Positions 12,134 through 24,168 of a stretch of 64,000 bases of DNA are shown here, piece by piece. This stretch comes from Oopsacas minuta. Taxonomy: Eukaryota > Animalia > Porifera. The stretch lies in contig JAKMXF010000210.1 of assembly GCA_024704765.1 (NCBI GenBank), positions 372,001 through 436,000 on the forward strand, given 5' to 3'. Below the pieces are notes generated by a model. The model was not told the origin of the DNA. It did not search any database and saw nothing but the letters and a program-made list of their open reading frames with translations. Positions within the stretch are counted from its first letter, which is position 1. Every line of letters starts with the position of its first letter. The position numbers and the translations under genes were made by a program.

Positions 12134-12764
12134 ATGGCCCCAGAATTTGCAGGAACTGCAAAATAACTCTTTACAAATATCGGTGCAGGCACCCAGCAAC
12201 TCGGTTCCCACCGAAGAAGTACCCCTCGTCCCTCTCTCTAAATCCGGTGCACACGCTTCTCCACTTATCGGACCCTCTTTGCTGTCCCAAACCTTCTCCG
12301 ATCTCACAAATAACATATCCTCCTGTGAAATTATCAGATTCATACCTCCAGATCCTAAACATGCATGTGACCCTCCAGTCAAGCCCCTCCTCCTGGACCC
12401 CTCAGAAATACAACACCTCTCTTCTTCTGAGACACCCGGTACAGAAGGGACTGTTTTCCTCTTGACAGAGAAGAGAGCATTCCTTTTCTTCTCCTGCCAA
12501 AAGGATCTCCTCTCTCTTCGAAAAGAGAACCTGGTCGCCCTTTGTGACTTTATTGAGATACGACTTGAAGTCACAGAGCTATTCACTCTCCTCCCTCGCT
12601 GCAGTATTTCCTTACCATCTCCATCAGGTCACGAGGATTTACTCCAGTCAATGCGAACTCTTAGATTGCTGGGATTTGATTTGATAGCTCCTAACTCTAA
12701 GGCGTGGCCTAGCGCCTATCTTTCTCCTGAAACCTATTCCTGTCTTGTTTATATGTTAGAATAA
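12134..12764 (+). CDS. OAZ: Ornithine decarboxylase antizyme (start and decoding mode unresolved)
   Basis: KENLVALCDFIEIRLEVTELFTLLPR..MRTLRLLGFDLIAP..CLVYMLE* aligns by eye with the OAZ1 core [47 protein letters not shown]. No in-frame ATG precedes the core. Confidence 0.82.
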
Positions 12765-13024
12765 CACTTCACATTTATTGCGATGTACAAATCAGCTTTT
12801 GATACGCAATTACTCATTGACCAAGTCAGTTATGAACGGTTGTATATTATTAATGCATGCTACACTTTTTCGGCTGCTATTTATGTTCTGAGTATTTGCT
12901 AATGAGTATGCTAATATTATCTTTAGATTACGGCTTCTTTGCTAAATTTATACTGATTTATTGCTAGTTTTTCAATAATCAATCATTTTATTGGATAGTT
13001 TCAACTGATTACATTTGTGGAGGA

Positions 13025-13780
13025 ATGGGCGAAGATTTGAAAATCCATGACCAGAAAGTGATCGAGTTCCGTGCACAGTATCTTGTCGCTGCAGAAGAAA
13101 CATTACGTACAGAATTCCCATTAAAGGTTGTAGAATTGACAGAGATGCTTAGCTCAGAACTTTTCAGTGAAGCTACCCTTAATCGTGTCAAACTAGGAAC
13201 AACCTTCTCTCCTACTTGTTGTCAAGAAGATGGGAAAGATGGACATTGCGTAGAGGCTCGTGTGCGGACTAAGAAAAGAAAAGTAGAGGACAGTGATAAC
13301 TCAAATGAATCAGATCCTCCTACCGATAACTGTGGTGTAATACAAACTAATAGCGAGCTGCAACGCATATCATCTATTGTAAAGCCTCACATCCTATCTC
13401 TTATACTTCATCTTAACACGCTAAAACTGTGGATAGAACTACTCATCCCTCGTATTGAAGACGGTAATAATTTCGGTGTCAGTGTACAAGAAGAAGCATT
13501 GAGTGAGATATCACGCTCAGAGACAGAAGCTTCCAGCTTACTTGACAGTCTATCTCGTTATTATCTGAGTAGAGGCAAGATTGCTTCTAAGTGCATCAAA
13601 TACCCAGGGCTTCAAGACTATAGAATAGCTCTAGGAGAGATGGATGAGAAGAAGTTCTACTCCCTGAAGATAGTTGTATCAGAACTACGTAACCTATACA
13701 CTACTATTTACGATATATTACTCAAGAACCTGGAGAAAATAAAAACTCCTAGAAACAGTAATACTAGCTCTATGTACTAA
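13025..13780 (+). CDS. PSME3: Proteasome activator PA28 (gamma-like), intronless
   Basis: Activation loop LLIPRIEDGNNFGVSVQEE, KCIKYPGLQDYR, C-terminal KIKTPRNSNTSSMY, basic NLS-like RTKKRK in the linker. Confidence 0.9.
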   Translation: MGEDLKIHDQKVIEFRAQYLVAAEETLRTEFPLKVVELTEMLSSELFSEATLNRVKLGTTFSPTCCQEDGKDGHCVEARVRTKKRKVEDSDNSNESDPPTDNCGVIQTNSELQRISSIVKPHILSLILHLNTLKLWIELLIPRIEDGNNFGVSVQEEALSEISRSETEASSLLDSLSRYYLSRGKIASKCIKYPGLQDYRIALGEMDEKKFYSLKIVVSELRNLYTTIYDILLKNLEKIKTPRNSNTSSMY

Positions 13781-14078
13781 CTACTTCATCATCATTAGTT
13801 ATTTCAGGGGATCGGCTTAGCCACACATAAGCCGAGATCTGTCTGGCTAATTCGCTTAGTTCAATGACACACAGTTTCTTGTAGGGTTGCAAATGTAACA
13901 ACACTCCTCACATTCTAATTATATTGATTATTGTTACTTTATAGAGTAGAGCAATTATTCTTGTAACTGATTAATTATGTACACTATTTTATCCAGGAGA
14001 TCGTTCTGTAACTACTTTATTATTTAAATATATATATTTCCTTATTGGTGCTATTGAATAATACGTGTTTATGGTAGT

Positions 14079-16016
14079 ATGAGTATATCTGGTGCAGAAG
14101 TATTAGCGTTATCTCTCCATGCTCAAGGCATAGAGTTCATATTCGGTATTGTTGGTATACCTGTTATAGAAGTAGCTACAGCATGTCAACAACAACAAAT
14201 ACATTTCATTTCTATGAGGAATGAACAAGCTGCTTCCTATGCTGCATCAGCTGTTGGTTATCTTACAGACAGCCCTGGGGTGTGTTTGTGTGTGTCAGGA
14301 CCTGGACTAGTGCATTCTCTTGCTGGAATGGCTAATGCTCAAGCTAATGGATGGCCTCTTATAGTTGTAGGTGGTGCAGCTAATACGACGCAAGAAGGAT
14401 GCGGTGCATTCCAAGAGTCTCCACAGGTAACCATAGAATTATACAAATCATTGGCTAGACATAGTTTAATCTTTTCAGGTACAATGGGCAGCTCCATACT
14501 GTAAACTATCTATCCGCCCTTCCTCTATACACACTATCCCCTCATGTATAGAGAGAGCTGTACGTATATCTACATATGGTAGGCCTGGTGTTGTATACAT
14601 AGATCTACCAGGTGATATGATTAACACAGAGTTATCACAAGCTCCGAATATCCCTGTCCACTGTCCCCCTCCTCCTCTATCTACTGCTCCATCCTCTCTT
14701 ATACTCGATTGCTATAAAGAAATATATTCATCTCATAATCCACTAGTAGTAATTGGTATGTTAGCTTAATCTGTTAATTAATACTCATTTATATTTTCTA
14801 TATGTAGGGAAAGGATGTGTTCTTGCCAGAGCAAGCTCAGAGGTTAGAGAATTCATAAATCAAACTCAACTACCATTTCTACCTACACCAATGGGTAAGG
14901 GGGTACTAGAGGACACACACCCTTGCTGTGTCGGTGCTGCTCGCTCTCTCGCTCTCTCATCCTGTGATACCATCGTCTTGTTAGGAGCACGACTAAACTG
15001 GCAGTTGCATTTTGGTCTGCCACCTCGTTTCAACTCCAAGGTACTTATATACTCATTACTTCATATCTATATTAATGAATATTTGTATAGGTAAGAGTAA
15101 TTCAAATTGATATTTGTCCAGAGGAATTACACAGTAATGTACCAGCTACAGTAGCTATTAATGGACATATACGTGGTGTAGTTCCTCAGCTGACTGAGGT
15201 ATTCAGAAAGAATAATTTCGAATATTCTAAGAACTCTAAATGGTGGAGAGATCTCATGGTTAAATGTGAGAAAAACCGCGTTATCAGTGAAGAGCTTTTA
15301 AGCGATCGTTCTATTCCGATGAATTTCTATTGCGCTATGGATACATTATCAAAGTATCTACCAAAAGATAGTATGATAGTTAGCGAGGGAGCTAGCACCA
15401 TGGATATTGGTCGCACCATGTTACCAACACACTATCCTGGACATAGACTAGATGCAGGAACCTACGGGACCATGGGTGTAGGTCTTGGGTTTGCTATAGC
15501 TATTGCTAGTATCAAAAAATTCGGTGGAAACAAATATGATTATTTGAATATTGGTCCAGTAAGTATTTGATTGTTTTTAACATTATTTATGTTTATTTGT
15601 TGTTTATCTTATAGGTTGTTTGTGTTGAGGGAGACAGTGCATTCGGGTTCTCAGGGATGGAGATAGACACGGCAGCTAGGTATCAGTTGCCTATTGTTTG
15701 TCTTATCTTTAATAATTCAGGGATTTCATTTGGAGTTAATATGGATACCTGGGAGCAATGTATTGCTAACGGACCACCAAGCCTTACAATACCACCAGTT
15801 GCTCTCAAACCAGGTACGAGGTATGATATGATAGCGCCTGCTTTTGGCTGTGAAGGGTTCAATGTGAGAACCCCAGAGGATTTAGAGCATGTCCTCAATC
15901 ACTGTTTCTCAGATTACCCAGCTAAGAAACGCCCTGTGTTAGTTAATATTGAGATTAACCCTCAGTCTCAGAGGAAACCACAGGAGCATTTTTGGCTTAC
16001 AAGATCTAAAATATAG
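14079..16016 (+). CDS. HACL1: 2-hydroxyacyl-CoA lyase 1 (TPP enzyme). Exons 14079-14426, 14479-14755, 14808-15040, 15091-15558, 15615-16016
   Basis: [35 protein letters not shown] motif [19 protein letters not shown]1-like C-terminus SKI. Confidence 0.93.
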
Positions 16017-16468
16017 TGATAAGGTACTACACAACTTTGTAAACGAATTTATAATTTTATTATATCGAATGTAATTATTCATTCTACAACAAAATACAGC
16101 AAATGTAAGCATAGGGGAGAAATTAACAAATTATACACGTATCAAGAATACAATTCATCATTTAATTCTTAGCATTACATATATTCATTACGTGAGTGTG
16201 AGCATCTAAATATTGCATTGCTTCTCTTCTCGTACCAGTCCCTTCAGAGCCTCAGGTAGTCATTCGAACTAGATGATGATAAACTTAATTACAATATCAT
16301 TTCGATTTCATTATTTATAATACTTTGTAGCAGCTATATTATGATTTGGACATTTAAAAAAGGATATTTTATGATCGAACTTAATGTGTCATTTGAACTG
16401 ATTTTACGTATCTTCATTGGTTTAGCAGTTTATTTGCTGAAAATCATTTATTTTATGAGTGAACTTAC

Positions 16469-17907
16469 CTTTCTATTGGAGAAGTTGAATTCTTTATTGC
16501 CACTGCTTTAGAAGGCGAATCCTCGTAGAGATTGAGTTTTTTGAAGTGAGATTTTGGTGCAATTGAGTCCAATATGTTCATCTGCTTAAGGTGTTTTTCA
16601 AGGTCCTGTGTTAGCTTCTTGATCTCTTTCCTTTCTCCATCAATAATCTTATCATCTATAACTTCGTTAGGTAAACATGTGTCATCTTTATGCAGACTCT
16701 TTGGTCTGCTTTTAATTGGAGGAGGCCCTCTTAAACTATTTGTCCGATCCTTTTGGTTTTTAACTAACCTCGTTGGCTTGCGGGCTTCCTCGACATCCAC
16801 TCCTGGATATTCTCTGCGCATAGGCTTCGGCTTTGGAGCAGGAGGTTGCGGGGAAGATTTCTGTTTTTGAACCCTCTGAGGAGTGGAATTAATATTCGTT
16901 TGTTCATTTGGAATTGTTTCCTGTTTCTGTATTATAGGAGAAGTAGCCCTTGGAAAATCCTCGCCAATTTGAGGTATCGTATTCGTTGGCTTCTTTGTAG
17001 TATTTGCGAATGGTGCAATAATTTCATGTACAGGATAGAATATATTCTGTGGACTGGTACGATTCATGGAATCGCTTGTGTTCAAGATTTTCTCATCATT
17101 TGATCTTTTATCTTTTGGAGGAATTTTACATTTCTCCGATGTTTTAATTTCATTTTTTCTATCATTTATCAGATCCGCTGTTACGTTAAACTTTGGGATA
17201 AAGTCGTATCCACTAAAATTCTTTGCTTTTTCATTTCGAGTACCAGAGCATGACTGTCCTCTACGTTTTAGCGATTCTACTCTTTTGGGAGCTTTAGGGA
17301 TCATGCTATGAAACTCTTTCCTTAAAATGCCATGTGTATGCGAGTGTACAGCCTTGTTGGTTATAGTCTTTCTGATAGGCGGTATGATAATATCTGAGAA
17401 CTCGTAACAATATGTAGAGGAATTTTCCATGTCTATATAATCTTCCTCTGGTTCCATCGGTTGAGGTTCTGCTTCTTGAGCTTTTTTTGATGTAACATAG
17501 AAGGGTATTCTGGTGAGTGATAATGGGAAAGAAACTATATTTGGTTTTAATTCGTCTAAATCGATATAATATCCTTCCTCATTTTGCTTTGGAGGTTGAT
17601 TATTATCCGATGAGAGATTCTGCTGGGTCGATGGAATCGGAGTAGTTGGCATGGAGTTGAGGCTCTCGTTGTAATTGTAATTATCATTGTAATTCATTTG
17701 TTGTCCTCCTTTGAAGTGTTTCGATTTCTTTGGAAATATTGAAAATGTGTTGGATTTTGTTGGAGGGTTTGCAATGGATTTTTCTTTTTCGACCTGAGCC
17801 CTAGTATCTGGTACTATACATTCATTTTTTGAGAATCTATCCTCTAGCCCAGTAGGTAGGATTATGTAATTCCTATCAACGTTTTCATACACTTTATCTT
17901 CTGATTT
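16469..17907 (-). CDS. Large internal exon of a disordered Tyr/Pro-rich protein (both ends unresolved)
   Basis: About 480 stop-free codons bounded by a TAG acceptor (17908-17910) and a GTAAGT donor (16468). Motifs YENV, YYIDL, DYIDM, PPAPKPKP, PPPIKSRP. Confidence 0.7.
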
Positions 17908-19259
17908 CTATAATAAAATTAGTGATTAATTATCAGCTACAACTCTCTACAGGTAACATTATCAAATAAGTAGTACGTAGCAAGGATATGGTATAACATG
18001 TTTATAGCATTTTTAAGCTAAGACATCTTTTCAACAAACGGGCCAAAATATACAACTTCTATACGCTTGTGGGCCAGTTTGGCGAATGGTTTCATTCGTT
18101 TCTCAATGAATTCTGAATTTACTTCTGAAACAATTTTGGATTATATTTGTCTATGCATTGTAAATAGAATAATTTATGGGAGTGCCAAGGACCAGATAAT
18201 TATCCTTGCAGGTGAGATTCCTGTTGAATATCATAAAATTGTAATATTTAAAATTACTAACCTTGGACATAATAAAGATGTTGTTTGTGTCAAGTAGCTT
18301 TTAGTTGTGATGTTTTGTAAGATTATTTGTATATTTCAGTATTTATAGTTCTGACTGGTCTGGTGATTTTACTGGATAGTGTATATCTCGAATTTATAAT
18401 ATACTAATGTATGTAGCTGAGCATATCTCAAATATTATGTTTCATAGCAACTTAATCTCATGGGAGCAGTTGAAAGTCCACTTTGTTAAATAATTCAATA
18501 AATAATTATCTCTAATTTATCCTCTGGTTCTTTGGCTTGCAAGCATGAAATATTAGGTTTTTATTACCAAACTTTGATTTAAGATAATTCCCTAGGGTTT
18601 TCGTATAATGCATTTATCAAATAACATTATTTCGTGCCCACGCAAAACCGTTAATGATCATATTGTAATCGAAAATTCTTTTATTATCAGATGTCATATG
18701 TTTACCTCATACATGAGTAGTATATTATACTGTCATTATTATGTCTCATGTAGCTTATCCCTATGATCAATTCATGAAGTAATTACAGACAAAATATTTG
18801 TAATAACAAGAAATATTTCCCTAAATAGCATAGCAGTTATTGAGATCAACATCCTCATTTTATTATTACCTATTCTGTACGAGTTAGTGATGCCCTTTGG
18901 TTGTACAGTTGCGAAATTCTAAAATATATTCTCATAATTTGGTCAATGAGATGGTTAGGTTTTCCATTATACATTTAGCACAAGCATTTTCTAATTTGGC
19001 TATAATACTTACTATTGAGTCAGCTGGTATATTACAATTTCTGTATATAATCTCCATGTCTCCAAATTCGATTTATTTAATTGGGTTACTTTGATTTCAT
19101 TTTGGTTATGATTTTAACATATTCAGACTAATTCACAACAATTTTCAAAGAAAAATATTTATCTTACAAATTAACCAAATAAATACAGAATTATGTCTTC
19201 GTAAACATTAATTTTTTCTTCTGATTTATTCAACAAATTATAAGACAGTTCAGTAATTT

Positions 19260-22200
19260 ATGATGAATCGTAACTATAACCGTGAGCCATATTATGAAGA
19301 AGACACAGCTCATACCAACCCACAAAGAGAGGGGCGTCCATTCAGAGAGTCACAAGCGTATAGACCATATCACCCTGAGCCAAATCGTGAACTTTCTGAT
19401 GAGCTTTATTCTTTCTACAGACAACCACCACACGAGTTCTACCCTAATCCCACCAGACCCTATCATGGTTATAATCACTCATCTCCTAACCCTGCTTATC
19501 ATGGAACGTATTATGCAAGAGAAAGTTCAAGATATCAAGATTACTATCAGTCAGGGTATAGAAATGATTCTCATAGACCATACAGAGACTCTAACCAACG
19601 CGATCGTGATTATAATAGATACGATAGGAGGCCATATATTAGAGAAAATCCATATAACCCACTACATGAGAGACTTCAAAATAGAAATAGATTCCCTTCA
19701 CATCGTGATAATAATCATAATTATGATAACAGAGATCATGATGAGCATGAACCTGAACACTCTCCTAGCTTTAACAAAGAATCAATAGATAGGCAAACCT
19801 CAGATTCATTCTATCGCAATTGGAGACAGACTACTAAACCCAGATCTAGATGCTCTTCAACATCTAGTAAAGATGATAGCATTAGATCAAAGGATGAGTG
19901 TGTTATCTGTTATGGAACTGTTAAGATTCTTGCTCTCACACCTTGTGAGCATTCCTATTGCTATCTTTGTTGTGCACGTCTCCAGATATTGTGTGAGGAC
20001 AATCATTGTCCAATTTGTCGTACCCCATTTGAAAATCGTCCAGTTCTCCTATTCCAGTTTAATACTCCTAACCCTGTGTACAATGAATTAATCACGAATT
20101 CACGTGCTATAGATAACCATAAGATATCATTAGTTCGTCCTCTCAACAGGGGAATTATAGATGATTTGTTTGAGCTGAAATGTCCAATAAAAGATTGTCC
20201 TTATATACCTCCTCGTAACAACATGTTTCCATTGGAGAAACATCTTAAAACTGAGCATGAGCAGAACTACTGTCACGAGTGTATGTACGGATTGAAATTA
20301 TTCTTCTTTGAAATGAGATTATATTCAAAGGACGAATTGAACAGACATAAAGATGGTAAGGGGGACCCTCAGTTAGATCCTCCTGGACATCAAGGTCACC
20401 CTATGTGTAAGTTCTGTAGGAAAAGGTTTTTGGACGATTCTATCTTATACGAGCATCTACATCAGGTAAGTTTGTGCTCATTGCTATAGTACAAATAATA
20501 TTGTTTTTGTTTATGTATAGAATCATTTCTGGTGTTATATTTGTGAGAGAAATGATGCACACGTGTATTATAAGAGCCCACAAGAACTCAGGTTACATTT
20601 CAAGCAAGAACATTTCCTCTGTGAGAGAGGGGACTGTAAGCAGGAAATATACACATCTACGTTTGCTAGTGAGATTGATTTTAAAGCACATATATCTTCT
20701 GTTCATGCAGCTGATCTTAAAAAGAGTGAAGCTAAACATTTGCGAAGAGTTGATATAGAATTTCACTACGCTTCATCTAATTCGGACCAAGGATATCGTC
20801 AAAGAAAACAATGGAGAGATAGGAGGCCTGAACCAAACAATGAATCTGATAGATTGAGTGATAATGAGGATAATAAACATATTGAAATGAATTTAGAAAC
20901 TCAGGAGAGTGAATTTATATTTGAGAATTCACATCAAGATGTATCCAATGAATCTTTATCCATAAATAATTCGATAAATATTAAAAGCAATGATACACAA
21001 CATGAACCAAATATACGTGATACCAATCCTGAATATGATAATGAGCCAATGAAGTCTCCAGAAGATATTCCTAGTGATTGGCCTCAAATCTCTGAAGCAA
21101 AACCTCAGTCTGTAAACATAACCAATTCACATACTAACACTAACGAGCTTAGAAAACAAGGAGATAGAAATAATCCCATTTCCTATAGCCAATCTCTTGG
21201 CATTTCTAAACAGTTTAAAAATACTAAACAACGAAAGCAACAAAAGCAATCTCTCCCTGCTTCACAGCCAAATAAACCTGTTCCTTTTCATTATTCAGAC
21301 GCAGTTAAACCTGATCCTGTGAAATCTCACAAAAACCAGTCTCTATCTCAAATACACAAGCAGTCTCTCCTTACTCATCCTCCTGGTCTAGAAACTAAAC
21401 TCCCTCCTTCTAATTATTCAGATGGACTTAAGCCTGATTCTTTTATAGGTAATAAAAAACAGTCTCAATTACAAAAGCAATCTCTCCCTGTTAATCCTCC
21501 TTCACAGCCAAATAAACCCGTTCCTTTTCATTATCCAGACGCAGTTAAGCCTGATTCTGTAAAATCTCATAAAAACCAATCTCTCTTTAATGATCCCCCT
21601 GGTCTAGAAACTAAACAACCTTCTTCATCTCAATTTTCAGACGCACTTAAGCCTGATTCCGTAAGAACTCATAAAAACCAATCTCGATATCAATTACAAA
21701 AGCAGTCTCTCCCTATTAATCCTTCTTCACAGCAATCTAAACCTTCTCATTATTCAGACGCAGTTAAGCCTGATTCTATAAAAACACATAAAAACCAATC
21801 TCAGTCTCAATTACACAAGCAATCTCTCTTTATTGATCCCCCTGGCCTAGAAACTAAACAACCTCCTTCATCTCAATTTTCAGACGCACTTAAGCCCGAT
21901 TCCGTAAAGACATATAGAAACCAGTCTGAATTACAGGAGCATTCCTTGCCTATTGATCCTCCTTGTTTAGAAGCTAAAGCTCCATCTCATTATTCAGATG
22001 CACTTAAGCCTGATTCTGTAAAGACATTGACAAATCAATCGCAACACCAAGAACCTATCTCTGAGGTTAGCAGTGCTATTCCAAAGACTTATGAAGATGT
22101 ATTTCCTGCTCTCTCTGGGAATAAGAATCCAGTTCCTATACAAGCTGAAAAACAACCCGCCTCTGTATGTCACCAAACAAAGAACAAGAAAGCTAATAAA

Positions 22201-22953
22201 CATCGTAAAAAGGAGAACAACATGACACAACCCTCAATTCCTCAACCACCTCTAATGAATATTTCCACTTCAAATACCAATGACCATAAGTCGTCTCCAC
22301 TTAGAACCAAACAGAAAGAACTTCCTCAAGGTGATTGGGCAACCCTCCTCAATGAAAATACGGAAAAATCAGTTCCCCCTATCAATACTCAGCCAGATCT
22401 CCGTGTACAACAGCAAGTTCCTCTCACTGAGAAGCATTTCAAGGATAAGAAAGAACTGAATCCTTCTAGAGCTCGTGATGTTCAGCCTACGCTATTGCCA
22501 ATTGTAGCTACTTACTCGCAATGGCAACCTCCACATAATTATCAACAGCGTAAAATTGCATTAGAAAATCGTATTGTTTCTAACTTTATGGTTAATTCGG
22601 AAATGCTGGAGTATTTTGAAAATTATAAGAAAATGATTGAAAAGTCTCTACCAGTTTATGAATTTTTGAAGTATTTTAAATCTACGTTTAATCAAAATTT
22701 CTCTACGATATTACCCGCTGTATTGGTGCTTGTTCCTGATATAGGTTTACAACAAGAACTTTTGACTGCCAAAGAACTTCTATTCCCCTCAACTCCATTC
22801 TTATCTTTTCCATCCAATACATCTTCTTGGTCCAAACAGACCAATATTGAACTCGAATTCTGTCCCAATTGCAGTCAAATCCTCCTACCAAGTGACTATG
22901 TATATCATAAGGGACTACATTCTACAGAAGAAGAATTCCCAGCTCTTTTCTAA
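19260..22953 (+). CDS. ZNF598: E3 ubiquitin ligase ZNF598/Hel2 (exons 19260-20465, 20521-22953)
   Basis: RING CVIC..CEHSYCYLCCARL..CPICR, then C2H2 fingers (GHPMCKFCRKRFLD..LYEHL, HFWCYICE, HFLCERGDC), GIGYF-type/PAH-like C-terminal helical region and terminal EEEFPALF. Confidence 0.9.
21241..22050 (+). repeat. Coding tandem repeat in ZNF598: 7 monomers containing (Y/F)(S/P)D(A/G)(V/L)KPD, arranged as about 3.5 dimer units
   Basis: Recurrent DNA blocks caaaagca(a/g)tctctccct, gacgcagttaagcctgattc and cctggtctagaaactaaac. Confidence 0.9.
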
Positions 22954-23604
22954 CTCTAGATTTATTATATATTTGATGTCATTTTTGCACGCATTTCTAC
23001 ATTCTTAGAAATCACAATTTACAACTGAATCTTTGTGACTTGAATTGCCACAAATATTTCAATTGAATGTGTCTGTTTCTGCGTGCGAGTGTAATTGACA
23101 TTATCTATTCATGTATTTTCTTATCTTAGAGAAGCAATTCGGTAAAACCATATATTGATATCATTCTATTTATTTCGTGGTGTAATTTCACGCTTTTGAT
23201 ATTCAATACATTTACAGCTGCTTTGATGTTTGGGTTGAGACCATTATTTCTTTGAATTTCTCAACTTTCTAATTGCACATGTATATTTTGAATATAATAT
23301 GATTCGATTCGTGTAGTCATTATTCCCAAAACTGTCGTCCTTACAAGAGTGTTGTTATATGCGCTAACCATATTACACCAAATGTATTTAGATTTTAGAG
23401 AATCCTTGCAGGGTGTACACTTAATATCCTCAGTGCAAATGCATTTTTGGGGGTCTATCGTCCCTTTTTGACAGCCAGAGCCAGAGGGCATTGGTGGTGG
23501 CTACCCGGCCCCCCATGGCATTCGTGTCTAGTATCTTTCATCAACTCTGTGAAATTCTAGTTAAATTATCGTGTCGAATTCAAAATGAATTATTTATGCT
23601 ATAG

Positions 23605-24168
23605 ATGATTACTCATATTATAAGCAGAAATATTATAATATTTTCACGAACTACGAAACATCTGATCTCTGTAACAAAATCAAAATTTAATTCAACAGAA
23701 AATGCAGACTATTATTCTACTTTTTCTAAAGAGTTGAAAAGTAGACTAGCTGAGTTAGAGGTTGAGAGCCTCAAGAGCTCTGGGCCAGGTGGTCAAAATG
23801 TAAACAAACGTAATACGAAAATTAGATTGAAGTTTAATATTGGAGAATGTTCCTGGTTAAGTGAACAGGCGAAATTAAAATTGGAAAGACAAGAAGGTAA
23901 TCGCATTAATAAGGAGGGTGTGTTGATATTAGAATGTCAAGAATATCGTACTAAGGAACAAAATCACGACAAGGTATTAAAAATACTAAAAAACATGCTA
24001 GAACTTGCAAACGAAACTCAGGATACCTTATCGAGGAAAACTATCTCCAAATTAAAACAGAGAAAGAACTACCTAAGAAGTAAGGCTAGATCAGCTCGAA
24101 AACACAAACTGATAGCTGAAAGGAAGAAGGAAGAGAAAATTACAGATACTTCTGAGCGACCTGACTAG
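23605..24168 (+). CDS. MRPL58: Mitochondrial peptidyl-tRNA hydrolase ICT1 / mL62
   Basis: SSGPGGQNVNKRNTK (GGQ motif), RINKEGVLILECQEYRT, basic C-terminal tail, presequence-like N-terminus. Confidence 0.88.
   Translation: MITHIISRNIIIFSRTTKHLISVTKSKFNSTENADYYSTFSKELKSRLAELEVESLKSSGPGGQNVNKRNTKIRLKFNIGECSWLSEQAKLKLERQEGNRINKEGVLILECQEYRTKEQNHDKVLKILKNMLELANETQDTLSRKTISKLKQRKNYLRSKARSARKHKLIAERKKEEKITDTSERPD

Noticed and set aside
12247-12465. Overlapping 72-aa ORF as a possible antizyme ORF1
   Set aside because: It starts at GTG, and reaching the antizyme frame would need a -1 rather than +1 shift. Its stop also lies well inside the conserved region.
13812-13835. Perfect 8-bp hairpin TCGGCTTA/TAAGCCGA after PSME3
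   Set aside because: Several such stems are expected in 64 kb, and no convincing H/ACA, C/D or histone stem-loop architecture was found.
17950-19250. Short ORFs 18067-18297 and 18897-19094 and surrounding AT-rich DNA
   Set aside because: They have TTG starts, no motifs and no consistent splice path. This is probably the divergent promoter/UTR region, although 5' exons of the Tyr-rich gene may be hidden here.
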